Below are positions 38,014 through 47,056 of a stretch of DNA of 64,000 nucleotides, piece by piece. The notes under the pieces were generated by a model, which was not told where the DNA came from, searched no databases, and saw only the letters and a program-made list of their open reading frames with translations. Source of the DNA: Patescibacteria group bacterium (GTDB lineage: Bacteria > Patescibacteriota > Minisyncoccia > Phycocordibacterales > Phycocordibacteraceae). Location: NCBI GenBank assembly GCA_018826905.1, contig JAHJYC010000003.1, positions 36,963-100,962 of the forward strand, in the 5' to 3' direction. The position numbers were made by a program, and so were the translations under genes. Each line of letters opens with the position of its first letter. Position 1 is the first letter of the stretch.

Positions 38014-39120
38014 ATGAATCCATTCCAAGCACAGTTCCCGTTGAGCCCTAGGAAGTTCTGGAAAAAATTTCTTCCGGTCATAATTCCCAGCATTCTTTTC
38101 AGTGCGTTTGTGGGCGTATTTTTCGCATTCTTTTTGCCATTCTTTCATGGAAATCTAGAGCTCTCTGCTGAAAGCATGATTAGGACGAGTATACTTCTTA
38201 CCGTCGGGCTCTCTATTTTAGTGTTGGCCCTCTATGCTTGGTACTTTAAGGTGTACATTCGCACTTATTCGTATGAAGGAGGAGATAACTTCATTCGAAT
38301 AAAGAAGGGCGTATTCGCACCACGTGAAATCCATGTGCAGTACCAAAAGATTCAGGACGTCTATGTGGATCAGGATATTCTAGATCGTATTTTGGGTATT
38401 TATGACGTACATATCTCAAGTGCGACTATGTCTTCAGGAATGGAAGCGCACATTGATGGTGTGAATAAAGATGTAGCGGACGGACTACGGGAGTTCTTTC
38501 TCAATAAGGTCCAACGTGCAACCGTGGGCTATGTAGACCCTGCAGCGCCAGCTATGGCGGAGCAGAATCAGGCCGCTGCCCCAGTTCAGCTCTCTGAAGA
38601 GATATCAAGCGCGGCGTATCCAATCCGTCCTATGTGGATGGTGGTAAGCGTGCTCGGTACAATATTTATGAGTTTGATCATAGGTCTCTTTACGGCAGGC
38701 TACGCAGTAGCGAAGACGTCGGATGATGGCGATGGCCTTCCGTTCCTCGGCACATTTCTCGTTTTTACCGCAGGATACTTCGTGTTCCACTTCATCGGGA
38801 TACTTCTTTGGAAGAGTAACTATAGTTTCCAGCTTACTCCTGACTATGTGCTCTACCGCACCGGTATACTTAGTAAGTCAGAGCGCCATCTTCCATACCG
38901 CACAATCCAGGACGTAAGTATCTCCCAGTCGTTCTTTGATCGCATATTTGGTCTCTATAATGTCGTAATTGAGAACGCAGCGCAGGTCGCCATGACTAAA
39001 GGCCGCCTTTCTAATGCGAACATAAAGCTTGTTGGTCTTGCTAAGGATCAAGCGACCCACATAACTGAGACACTGAAACCGATCATACTCTCTAAGACGA
39101 GTATCCAGACCGGCATATAA
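38014..39120 (+). CDS. Membrane protein with two bacterial PH (bPH_2, YdbT-like) domains
   Basis: Duplicated 'IKKGVF...YQKIQDVYVDQDILDRILG' / 'YRTGIL...YRTIQDVSISQSFFDRIFG'. Confidence 0.8.
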   Translation: MNPFQAQFPLSPRKFWKKFLPVIIPSILFSAFVGVFFAFFLPFFHGNLELSAESMIRTSILLTVGLSILVLALYAWYFKVYIRTYSYEGGDNFIRIKKGVFAPREIHVQYQKIQDVYVDQDILDRILGIYDVHISSATMSSGMEAHIDGVNKDVADGLREFFLNKVQRATVGYVDPAAPAMAEQNQAAAPVQLSEEISSAAYPIRPMWMVVSVLGTIFMSLIIGLFTAGYAVAKTSDDGDGLPFLGTFLVFTAGYFVFHFIGILLWKSNYSFQLTPDYVLYRTGILSKSERHLPYRTIQDVSISQSFFDRIFGLYNVVIENAAQVAMTKGRLSNANIKLVGLAKDQATHITETLKPIILSKTSIQTGI

Positions 39121-39129
39121 TTAGACTGT

Positions 39130-39507
39130 ATGCAGGACTCCCTCAATTCTCTCTGGAACACCGTGGGTGAATGGGGCACATCATCTGAAGGGTTTGCAAT
39201 CATAATTGGCTGTACTGTTCTTCTCGTTGCGTATGCGCATTTTAAGAACGCACGTACATGGAAGGCCCAGAACTCCGGAGTGCGCGCGCGCTTCTCAAAG
39301 AGAAACGCCTTCAAGTTACTCATGTCAGGAATAGTCTTATTTGTATCAAGTATTGGGGGGTTGCTGTTCGTCCAACGTCTACATTCAGTTCTCAACTCAA
39401 ATACTCCAGTTCCGCTATCCGGACATGTGTTGCTTTTAGGAGGGCTCGGCTTTGTCGGTTTAATGTTGGTCGGTTTCAGCCTCTGGCTTTTGGCGCGATC
39501 TGAATAG
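39130..39507 (+). CDS. Hypothetical 3-TM membrane protein
   Basis: Three hydrophobic segments; fills the gap between co-oriented genes. Confidence 0.55.
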   Translation: MQDSLNSLWNTVGEWGTSSEGFAIIIGCTVLLVAYAHFKNARTWKAQNSGVRARFSKRNAFKLLMSGIVLFVSSIGGLLFVQRLHSVLNSNTPVPLSGHVLLLGGLGFVGLMLVGFSLWLLARSE

Positions 39508-39570
39508 TGCCTGCCCAAAGGGTAGTTTTATTATTTCTTTAGAGGTTAGTTCAGTCGTATACTTACTTGT

Positions 39571-40251
39571 ATGAAAACGATTTTTATCTCCGGGGGGAAC
39601 CAAGGTCTCGGAAGAGCTCTGGCAGAGAAATTCGCAGGAGAGCACAATGTAGTTATTCTTGCGCGTAACGAAGACAAGGGCAGACAAGCAGCTGAAGAGG
39701 TGGGGTGTGACTTAGTCGTTGCTGATGTTTCAGATTACACTCAAATTCAGGCTGCAGTTGATTCTGTTATTCAGAAATACGGCGCAATAGACTGCTTGAT
39801 AAACAATGCTGGTCTCTGGATACAAGGGGCTCTGGAAGACAATGACCCAGAACAGGTAAGCGCTGCTATGAATGTGAATGCAACAGCGACCATTCTTTTG
39901 ACCCGTGCGTGTCTGCCGTACATGAAAAAGGCGCAGAAGGGAAGAATAATTAACGTAATTTCTCAATCAGGGTTTTATGGAAAAGGGGAGCGAAGTGTGT
40001 ACACCGCTTCAAAATGGGCGATTGCTGGCTTTACTAAGTCTCTTCAAATGGAACTAACGGGTACCGCAGTCACGGTTTGTGGGTTTTATCCAGGCTCTAT
40101 GAAGACGGAGTTTTTTGCTAACGCTGGAGTGGAGAAGGACAGTTCCAAGTTCATGGAGTTATCGGAAGTTGTCCGGGCAGTTGAGTTTATAGTAGATACA
40201 CCAGACCATCTTTCTATCCCTGAATTAGGAATCAAGCCCGCCTATTACTAA
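39571..40251 (+). CDS. Short-chain dehydrogenase/reductase
   Basis: SGGNQGLG, NNAG and YTASK motifs. Confidence 0.92.
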   Translation: MKTIFISGGNQGLGRALAEKFAGEHNVVILARNEDKGRQAAEEVGCDLVVADVSDYTQIQAAVDSVIQKYGAIDCLINNAGLWIQGALEDNDPEQVSAAMNVNATATILLTRACLPYMKKAQKGRIINVISQSGFYGKGERSVYTASKWAIAGFTKSLQMELTGTAVTVCGFYPGSMKTEFFANAGVEKDSSKFMELSEVVRAVEFIVDTPDHLSIPELGIKPAYY

Positions 40252-40252
40252 G

Positions 40253-40281
40253 TTGCATTCCCCGGCCATACCCTGTATAGT
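40253..40281 (+). promoter_or_regulatory. rplC operon promoter
   Basis: TTGCAT-N17-TATAGT. Confidence 0.7.
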
Positions 40282-40374
40282 CCCTAAGTCGCAAGAACAA
40301 CCCTCGGGTTGGTCCAATGGACGGGAAGCCCGAAAGGGCCTAACGCGCTATTGGTAGCGCGCTTTATTTTTTCT

Positions 40375-40989
40375 ATGAAATTCATCCTTGCCCGAAAAGG
40401 CCGCATGACTCAAGTCTTTAACGAGGCTGGAGAAGTATTTGCAGGTACGAAAGTAACTGCAGGTCCTGTTGTGGTTACGCAGGTAAAGGATGAAAAAGGC
40501 GCAGACGGATATTCAGCAGTGCAGGTAGCTTTTGGAGAGCAGAAGGTTCAGCGCCTTGGAAAGTCCATTCTCGGACACACTAAGGGTGTTGGATACAAGG
40601 TTCTTAAGGAGTTCCGTACAGATGCTGGAGACCTTACGGTTGGAAGCCAGATAACTGCAGACACCTTCGCAGAGGGTGATATCGTGGTGGTAACTTCAAC
40701 CTCTAAGGGACACGGGTTTGCTGGTGTGGTGAAGCGCCATGGATTCCATGGAGGACGACGCTCACACGGACAGAAGCACTCAGAGCGCGAGCCGGGCTCC
40801 ATTGGTGGAGGAGGTCGTGCTGGAGGCCGTGTTATCAAGGGAATGCGCATGGGTGGACGCATGGGAAATGATCGCGTCACTGTTAAGAACCTTAAGGTTC
40901 TTAAGGTAGATGCAGCTACTGGAGAAATGATTATCTCTGGAGCACTTCCTGGCGCCCCTGGCGCACTCGTTGAGATCCGCTCAATGTAA
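40375..40989 (+). CDS. rplC: 50S ribosomal protein L3
   Basis: KGRMTQVF, SKGHGFAGVVKRHGF and EPGSIG; start moved to the ATG at 40375. Confidence 0.96.
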   Translation: MKFILARKGRMTQVFNEAGEVFAGTKVTAGPVVVTQVKDEKGADGYSAVQVAFGEQKVQRLGKSILGHTKGVGYKVLKEFRTDAGDLTVGSQITADTFAEGDIVVVTSTSKGHGFAGVVKRHGFHGGRRSHGQKHSEREPGSIGGGGRAGGRVIKGMRMGGRMGNDRVTVKNLKVLKVDAATGEMIISGALPGAPGALVEIRSM

Positions 40990-40999
40990 TTTACGTACT

Positions 41000-41740
41000 A
41001 TGGCTACTCCTACAAAGAAAACCGTCGCCAAGAAGGCACCAGCAAAGAAGACTGCTTCTGCAGTATCTATGGAGGCGACTATTTGGAACACAAAGGGAAC
41101 AAAGGCAGGTTCAGTTACTCTTCCTGAGGAATTGTTCGGTCTTTCTTGGAACTCAGATTTGGTACATCAGGTAGTTGTTGGTATGCAGGCAAACGCTCGC
41201 GCAATAACTGCACACACTAAGTTCCGTGGAGAAGTATCAGGAGGAGGAAAGAAACCATGGAAGCAGAAGGGAACAGGACGTGCTCGTCATGGGTCTAACC
41301 GCTCTCCAATATGGCGTGGCGGAGGTGTGACACATGGTCCACGCGCTGAGAAGGATTACTCTGTAAAGATTAATCGCAAAATGCGTGCAGCAGCACTTGC
41401 AACTGTGCTCTCTCGCAAGCACCGTGATGGCCAGGTTATCTTCGTTGATTCCTTTGGACTCACTACTCCTTCAACAAAGGATGCAAAGGCAATGCTCGTT
41501 GCTATTGCAAACGGATCTGGAGTAACTGAGCTTGCAACTAAGCGCAAGAATGCAGCGGTCGTCGCATTCGCTAAGAAGGATAGTGCAAGCGAGAAGTCCT
41601 TCCGTAACATTGGCAGCCTTACCCTAGAGGAGGTTCGCAATCTAAATCCGGTGGATTTGGTAAACAAGAAGTATCTTGTTATTGAGAACCCAACTGATGC
41701 ACTTCCTGTGCTTTCAGCGCGCCTCAACAAGAAGGGCTAA
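41000..41740 (+). CDS. rplD: 50S ribosomal protein L4
   Basis: TKFRGEVSGGGKKPWKQKGTGRARHGS; K/A-rich N-terminal extension. Confidence 0.96.
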   Translation: MATPTKKTVAKKAPAKKTASAVSMEATIWNTKGTKAGSVTLPEELFGLSWNSDLVHQVVVGMQANARAITAHTKFRGEVSGGGKKPWKQKGTGRARHGSNRSPIWRGGGVTHGPRAEKDYSVKINRKMRAAALATVLSRKHRDGQVIFVDSFGLTTPSTKDAKAMLVAIANGSGVTELATKRKNAAVVAFAKKDSASEKSFRNIGSLTLEEVRNLNPVDLVNKKYLVIENPTDALPVLSARLNKKG

Positions 41741-41750
41741 TACAGTATTT

Positions 41751-42128
41751 ATGGCACTCTTTTCATCTGACAAAAAGGAAACAAAGGCAAAAAAGACGAA
41801 GTCTGGAACTCGTCTCTGGGGTCGCGGCATGCTCGCCGTTGACGACTCTCGTCTTGCAAACGTACTCAAGCGCCCCTGGTTCTCTGAGAAGGCCCTTATT
41901 GGTACTGAGTCAGGCGTGTACGTCTTTGAAGTTCCTCAGGCTGCAACAAAGGAGGATGTTGCACAGGCCATTATTAAATTCTATGGCGTTACACCAATGA
42001 AGGTGCGCATGGTGAACCTTCCAGCAAAAAAGGTGTCACTTCGCACACGCAGGGGAGTCGGTACCCGCGCACGTCGCCACAAGGCATACGTCTATCTTAA
42101 GAAGGGTGAGAGCATCACCTTCGCATAA
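41751..42128 (+). CDS. rplW: 50S ribosomal protein L23
   Basis: KRPWFSEKA, YVFEV...ATK and KAYVYL motifs. Confidence 0.92.
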   Translation: MALFSSDKKETKAKKTKSGTRLWGRGMLAVDDSRLANVLKRPWFSEKALIGTESGVYVFEVPQAATKEDVAQAIIKFYGVTPMKVRMVNLPAKKVSLRTRRGVGTRARRHKAYVYLKKGESITFA

Positions 42129-42139
42129 CTTAGAGTCCT

Positions 42140-42982
42140 ATGAAGTCTTTTAAACCAACATCAGCAAGTCGCCGAAGCATGACCGTTGTCACGTACCGTG
42201 GCGTGCTTTCAGGTGACAAGCCACACAAGCCACTTCTTTCGTACAAGAAGCGTCAGGGAGGTCGCAACAATGCAGGACGCATTACAACTCGTCATCAGGG
42301 AGGCGGACATAAGCGCATGCTTCGCGATGTTGACTTTAAGTACAACAAGCACGACATTCCTGCTCGTATTGAGACTATTGAGTACGATCCATATCGCACC
42401 GCATTCATTGCACGTACCGTCTTTGCTGATGGAGAGCGTCGCTATGTAACGGTCCCTAAGGACATGAAGGTGGGCGACACATTCATCGTATCTGAGAAAG
42501 CACCTATCAAGACTGGAAACCGTCTTCCGCTTGGAAAGATTCCTTCAGGAACATTTATCTACAACGTAGAGCTTCGTCCAGGAGCTGGTGCGCGCATCGC
42601 TCGCTCTGCTGGAAACTACGCTGAGATTGTTGCGCATGATGCTGGCTACGCACAGATCAAGATGCCTTCAAGTGAGGTACGTAAGGTTATTGAGTCTGCA
42701 TGGGCTTCAGTTGGAGCAGTAGGCAACGAAGAGCAGCGTCTTCAGAATTACGGAAAGGCAGGAAAGAGTCGCTGGAAAGGTATTCGCCCAACAGTGCGTG
42801 GTACTGCGATGAACCCAGTTGATCACCCACACGGAGGTGGTGAAGGAAAGCAGGGACGTGGACTTCGTCGTGCCAAGAGCATGTGGGGCAAGCCAACAGG
42901 TAAGGGACAGAAGACCCGTACTCCAAAGAAGTACTCAAACAAGTTTATTGTTTCTCGCCGAAAGGTTGGAAAGAAGCGATAA
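42140..42982 (+). CDS. rplB: 50S ribosomal protein L2
   Basis: GRNNAGRIT, EYDPYR and RGTAMNPVDHPHGGGEG; terminator at 42992-43024. Confidence 0.97.
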   Translation: MKSFKPTSASRRSMTVVTYRGVLSGDKPHKPLLSYKKRQGGRNNAGRITTRHQGGGHKRMLRDVDFKYNKHDIPARIETIEYDPYRTAFIARTVFADGERRYVTVPKDMKVGDTFIVSEKAPIKTGNRLPLGKIPSGTFIYNVELRPGAGARIARSAGNYAEIVAHDAGYAQIKMPSSEVRKVIESAWASVGAVGNEEQRLQNYGKAGKSRWKGIRPTVRGTAMNPVDHPHGGGEGKQGRGLRRAKSMWGKPTGKGQKTRTPKKYSNKFIVSRRKVGKKR

Positions 42983-43073
42983 GACACAAAGAAAAGCCCC
43001 GCCAGAGTGCGGGGCTTTTCTTTTATGTATAGAGAGAGTAGGGTGATGCAGAAGACACGCCAGGAGGTAAGTG

Positions 43074-43307
43074 ATGCACATTTTTCGTTCGCTCCGCCTG
43101 AGAAAGTGGCGAGAACAACAACGGTTGAGGCGAGAGCTCAGGAAGACAGTAAGCTATCTGAAACATCTCGCCTCTATGTATGAGGAAACTAAAGGAAACG
43201 ACGATCAATCAAAGATCCTCCTTTGGGTAATTAAGGCCTGGTACGCACGAAAATGGGAATTGATGAGAAAGATCAAGCCCCCTTTGCGTTCCAGGTACAA
43301 GACTTAA
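43074..43307 (+). CDS. SD-led stand-alone mini-gene; very basic (R/K/W-rich) protein
   Basis: AGGAGGT at 43062-43068; -10-like TAGGGT at 43039-43044; terminator at 43307-43334. Confidence 0.6.
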   Translation: MHIFRSLRLRKWREQQRLRRELRKTVSYLKHLASMYEETKGNDDQSKILLWVIKAWYARKWELMRKIKPPLRSRYKT

Positions 43308-43332
43308 GCCAGCTATAGTACGCTGGTTCTTT

Positions 43333-44151
43333 TTATGGAACGTACTTCTCGTTCAGAACTTCTGAAAGCTGTGCGAGCGGAATAGATACACTTTGTGGCC
43401 CAAGCGCATAGGGACCAACTTGGTAGGGAGGGAACAGGAAGACTAGAGTGTTTCCTTCAACAACAAAGGTCTGAAAGTTAGCGGTCTCTGGGGCTGTGCC
43501 TTGCTGCATGTAGGAGACATCTGCATCTTCTCCAAGTTTCTTTTGAAGCTCAAAGCGTGCAATCTCAGAGATGCGCTTTAGATAGTCTGTGCGGGGCTTG
43601 AATAAAGAGGCGAGTGAAAGCTCTGCGCCAGTTTCTGCATCAAAAACGAAGGTCCTATAGAAAGAGTTCGGGTGTGCACCAAACGTGTCTGTATAGAGCG
43701 TATAGGCGTATGAGACGGTATGTGGAGCGAGTACTTCGTTGTATTCAATAGCGAGCGCCTGCTTCCTCCCGTCCTCGTATCCCATCATTTGAATATCCTC
43801 TTTTGTGAGGCTTGCGAAGTTACCTTCACGCTTGAACTGTTGAATGGTGTCTTCAACAAAGCTCTTCATAGTGTCTATAGCCTCTACGTCTGCAGTGGTT
43901 CCTGCAGAGACTGAGAGGGGTGTCTCAGACGGGTACGCAGCCTCAATATCGTAATACTGCGCATGTTCACGAATAGTCTGTGGTTCTGTAGGAGGAACAG
44001 GTACCGTCTCTTCTACGAGAGGACTATAAGGCTCTGGTGCCTGATGGGTGGCCATGTACCAAAGAGAAAGTCCAAGGACTACCGCTATGAGAGCACCAGC
44101 ACCGAGAAGTTCCAGCTTCTGAACACGAGTGAGAGAGTGAATGTTCCACAT
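43333..44151 (-). CDS. DUF3298/DUF4163 (RsiV/PdaC-like) membrane-anchored protein
   Basis: 'GAHPN...TFVFDAETG..LSL..LF' and 'FLFPPYQVGPYALG..V.IP'. Confidence 0.8.
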   Translation of the reverse strand: MWNIHSLTRVQKLELLGAGALIAVVLGLSLWYMATHQAPEPYSPLVEETVPVPPTEPQTIREHAQYYDIEAAYPSETPLSVSAGTTADVEAIDTMKSFVEDTIQQFKREGNFASLTKEDIQMMGYEDGRKQALAIEYNEVLAPHTVSYAYTLYTDTFGAHPNSFYRTFVFDAETGAELSLASLFKPRTDYLKRISEIARFELQKKLGEDADVSYMQQGTAPETANFQTFVVEGNTLVFLFPPYQVGPYALGPQSVSIPLAQLSEVLNEKYVP

Positions 44152-44225
44152 ATAGGAAGAAGTATAGCCCATAAATGAAAAGGGCCGGATGCGTGTGCGT
44201 CCGGCCCCTGGAAAGATCTGGTGCT

Positions 44226-44372
44226 TTACCAGAAGATACTGTCAGGATCGTAGCCGGGGTCAGAGTTCCAACTCATCATTGAATCAATGGCCCCATCATC
44301 AATCTCGGGGTCTTCCCCAAGATCCTGACTGTCAGAATCGGTGGCTGGAAAGCCACCCAGCGTAGTTGTCAT
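44226..44372 (-). CDS. SD-led stand-alone mini-gene; 48-aa acidic peptide (absent from the ORF track)
   Basis: MTTTLGGFPATDSDSQDLGEDPEIDDGAIDSMMSWNSDPGYDPDSIFW*; SD GAGGGAGGAA (rc 44377-44386); terminator at 44177-44209. Confidence 0.6.
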   Translation of the reverse strand: MTTTLGGFPATDSDSQDLGEDPEIDDGAIDSMMSWNSDPGYDPDSIFW

Positions 44373-44449
44373 GCTATTCCTCCCTCTCAACTACTTTTTC
44401 ACCCTATCATGAAAAAAGCTATGCGCGAGCATAGCTTGTGTTGGCTATT

Positions 44450-44620
44450 CTAGCCAAAAGAGCCCACCAGCCGGCGCACCATAGCATCAGCGTCCTGAAA
44501 GAGGCCTCCATAGATGGCGAGCGCGCCTTCACCGAATTCTTCAGTGATTTCAGCGATTGCAGACGTTACATCTGCGTGCGGGACGGGCTCCTCGGCCTGT
44601 CCACGGGTATCTGTAGTCAT
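44450..44620 (-). CDS. SD-led stand-alone mini-gene; 56-aa peptide resembling the RecA N-terminal motif
   Basis: MTTDTRGQAEEPVPHADVTSAIAEITEEFGEGALAIYG...; SD GAGGGAGGAA (rc 44623-44632); terminator at 44412-44437. Confidence 0.62.
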   Translation of the reverse strand: MTTDTRGQAEEPVPHADVTSAIAEITEEFGEGALAIYGGLFQDADAMVRRLVGSFG

Positions 44621-44670
44621 ACTTCCTCCCTCGTTGAGCACCAAAGTACCCTATCATGGAGCCCGGTAGT

Positions 44671-44699
44671 TTGACACTTCTCTCTGTTTCATATAGATT
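44671..44699 (+). promoter_or_regulatory. rpsS operon promoter
   Basis: TTGACA-N17-TAGATT. Confidence 0.75.
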
Positions 44700-44737
44700 C
44701 TATCTATCCCGCCTGGCGGGCTTTCCATTGTCTATCT

Positions 44738-45085
44738 ATGTCCCGATCCCTTAAAAAAGGCCCATACATTGACCTGAACCTTATGAAGAAAGTTCAGGAC
44801 AAGAAGCCGTCTGCGACCGGTACTATTAAGACATGGGCACGCAACAGCCAGATTGCTCCTGAGTTCGTTGGATTCACTTTTGGAGTCCATAACGGCAAGC
44901 AACACGTAGACGTACTCGTTTCTGAGGAAATGGTCGGACACCGTCTCGGCGAGTTCTCTCCAACGAAGAAATTCCTTCGTCACGGAGGAAAGATGCAGAA
45001 GCAGCTTGAGGAGAAGCGAAAGGTTGCTGAAATTGCAGCAGCAAAGGCCGCTAAAGCAGCCCCATCACCTGCTAAGAAGAAATAA
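44738..45085 (+). CDS. rpsS: 30S ribosomal protein S19
   Basis: [22 protein letters not shown] and [12 protein letters not shown] motifs. Confidence 0.97.
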   Translation: MSRSLKKGPYIDLNLMKKVQDKKPSATGTIKTWARNSQIAPEFVGFTFGVHNGKQHVDVLVSEEMVGHRLGEFSPTKKFLRHGGKMQKQLEEKRKVAEIAAAKAAKAAPSPAKKK

Positions 45086-45087
45086 TC

Positions 45088-45483
45088 ATGGCATCTACTG
45101 GAACACACAAGCAGCCTGCGCAACTGCGTAAGGACGAAGACAAGAAGGCTATTCGTGCTTCTCTTGCTACGTACAACCAGTCACCTCGCAAGGTGCGATT
45201 GGTAACTGATCTCGTAAAGGGTAAGAAGGTAACAGAGGCAGTAAAGGCACTTGCGTTCCTTCCTAAGCGCGCAGCTCTTCCAGTACAGAAGCTTATTGAA
45301 TCTGCTGCAGCTACTGCTAAGAGTCGTGGAGAGGACATTGACACACTTCGTATTGCTGACGTTCGTGTTGACAGTGCTGGTATGTTCACTCGCTTCATGC
45401 CTCGCGCTATGGGACGTGCAGCTCCAATCCGCAAGCGTCGTAGCCGTATCACTCTTCGTCTGACTTCAGATACCACTAAATAA
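45088..45483 (+). CDS. rplV: 50S ribosomal protein L22
   Basis: SPRKVRLV and RFMPRAMGRAAPIRKRRSRIT motifs. Confidence 0.95.
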   Translation: MASTGTHKQPAQLRKDEDKKAIRASLATYNQSPRKVRLVTDLVKGKKVTEAVKALAFLPKRAALPVQKLIESAAATAKSRGEDIDTLRIADVRVDSAGMFTRFMPRAMGRAAPIRKRRSRITLRLTSDTTK

Positions 45484-45485
45484 CC

Positions 45486-46181
45486 ATGACACACACCGTC
45501 CATCCGTACGCACACCGCCTAGGCATCATCCGTGATTGGAAGAGCCGCTGGTTCGCTACAGACAAGCAATCATTCCGCGAGAATATCGCTGTAGATGCTG
45601 CTATCCGTGGCTACTTCAAAAAGCGTGGACGCGGGATGTACATTGCTGATCTTGAGATTGAGCGCACTGCCGCTGAGATCCGCATTCTTTTGCATACTGC
45701 TCGTCCTGGTGTGGTTATTGGTCGCAGCGGAGACAATGCTACAAAGCTCCGCAACGAACTCACTCGTTTGGTGAATTCAAAGGCAACTGGCACAAAGCGT
45801 GCAGTGAAGCTAGATATCATTGAAGTGCGTCAGCCAGAGACCTCTGCTGCTGTTGTTGGCCTTATGGTTGCTGAAGGTCTTGAGAAGCGAATGCCATTCC
45901 GACGTGTGCTTAAGCAGACTGTTGAGAAGGTTATGGCAGTACGCGAGGTAGTGGGAGTACGTATCGTAGTATCTGGTCGTCTTGGAGGAGCTGATATGTC
46001 GCGCACTGAGCAGATCAAGCGTGGGCGTATTCCACTTCAGACCTTCCGTGCAAACATTGACTACGCACACCAAGAGGCACTTCTTCCATACGGAGTGATT
46101 GGTATTAAGGTATGGATCTACCTAGGAGAGACATTTACCGATCAGGCTGCTAGCGGCCGCATCGGAGCCCCTAAACACTAG
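45486..46181 (+). CDS. rpsC: 30S ribosomal protein S3
   Basis: HPYAHRLG, ARPGVVIGR, SGRLGGA and PLQTFRANID motifs. Confidence 0.96.
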   Translation: MTHTVHPYAHRLGIIRDWKSRWFATDKQSFRENIAVDAAIRGYFKKRGRGMYIADLEIERTAAEIRILLHTARPGVVIGRSGDNATKLRNELTRLVNSKATGTKRAVKLDIIEVRQPETSAAVVGLMVAEGLEKRMPFRRVLKQTVEKVMAVREVVGVRIVVSGRLGGADMSRTEQIKRGRIPLQTFRANIDYAHQEALLPYGVIGIKVWIYLGETFTDQAASGRIGAPKH

Positions 46182-46185
46182 ACCT

Positions 46186-46605
46186 ATGTTGTTTCCTAAG
46201 AAAGTAAAGCACCGCAAGTGGCAGACTGCTCGCAAGAGTCCTGAGAAACTCGCACGCCCTGATACTCGTGGTATTACCGTTGCGTTTGGTTCCTATGGTC
46301 TTCGTGCAACAACGCCATCTCGCATCACTTCAAACCAGATTGAGGCCGCACGTAAAGTGCTTACTCGCGTTACTGGAAAGGGTGGTAAGCTTTGGATTCG
46401 CATCTTCCCTGATCGTCCGATCACTAATAAGCCAGCTGAGGTGGGCATGGGTAAGGGAAAGGGAGACCCGAAGCACTTTGTGTTTGAGGTACGTCCAGGC
46501 CGCATTCTTTTTGAACTTGATGGTGTTGATGATGCTAAGGCGCGCGACGCACTTCGTCGTGCTGGGGCAAAGCTTCCTCTTAAGACAACCGTAATTACCC
46601 GATAA
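46186..46605 (+). CDS. rplP: 50S ribosomal protein L16
   Basis: QIEAAR, WIRIFPD and MGKGKG motifs. Confidence 0.96.
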   Translation: MLFPKKVKHRKWQTARKSPEKLARPDTRGITVAFGSYGLRATTPSRITSNQIEAARKVLTRVTGKGGKLWIRIFPDRPITNKPAEVGMGKGKGDPKHFVFEVRPGRILFELDGVDDAKARDALRRAGAKLPLKTTVITR

Positions 46606-46606
46606 C

Positions 46607-46801
46607 ATGGCAAAGAAACTTTCATTCAAGGACATGAAGCCAGAGGAGATTCAGAAGCTCCTCGTTGAGAAGCGTGCAGAGCTCCGTACACTCCGTTTCG
46701 CAGCTGCTGGCGCCCGTCCAAAGGACGCTTCTGCTCCCGCTAAGGTCCGCAAGGACATCGCTCGTCTTCTTACTGAAGAGACTGCGCAGAAGAACGCATA
46801 A
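46607..46801 (+). CDS. rpmC: 50S ribosomal protein L29
   Basis: ELRTLRF...VRKDIARLLT; syntenic position. Confidence 0.92.
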   Translation: MAKKLSFKDMKPEEIQKLLVEKRAELRTLRFAAAGARPKDASAPAKVRKDIARLLTEETAQKNA

Positions 46802-46806
46802 CTACT

Positions 46807-47049
46807 ATGGAACACACACCCGCAAAACCACAGTCATTCAAAGGAACCGTTGTTAAGACGGCGATGAAGGATACTGCTACCGTTGCCGTTTCTCGCTACG
46901 TGAAGCACCCTAAGTACAAGAAGTATCAGACTCGCACGAAGAAGTTTCTTGTTCATGACGAAGGAAACACTGTTTCTGTTGGAGACGAGGTAACAATTGT
47001 TGCATGCGCACCAATTTCAAAGTTGAAGTCATTCAAGATCGCTAAGTAA
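46807..47049 (+). CDS. rpsQ: 30S ribosomal protein S17
   Basis: GTVV...MKDT, HPKYKK, HDE and PISKLK motifs. Confidence 0.95.
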   Translation: MEHTPAKPQSFKGTVVKTAMKDTATVAVSRYVKHPKYKKYQTRTKKFLVHDEGNTVSVGDEVTIVACAPISKLKSFKIAK

Positions 47050-47056
47050 CTAATTT

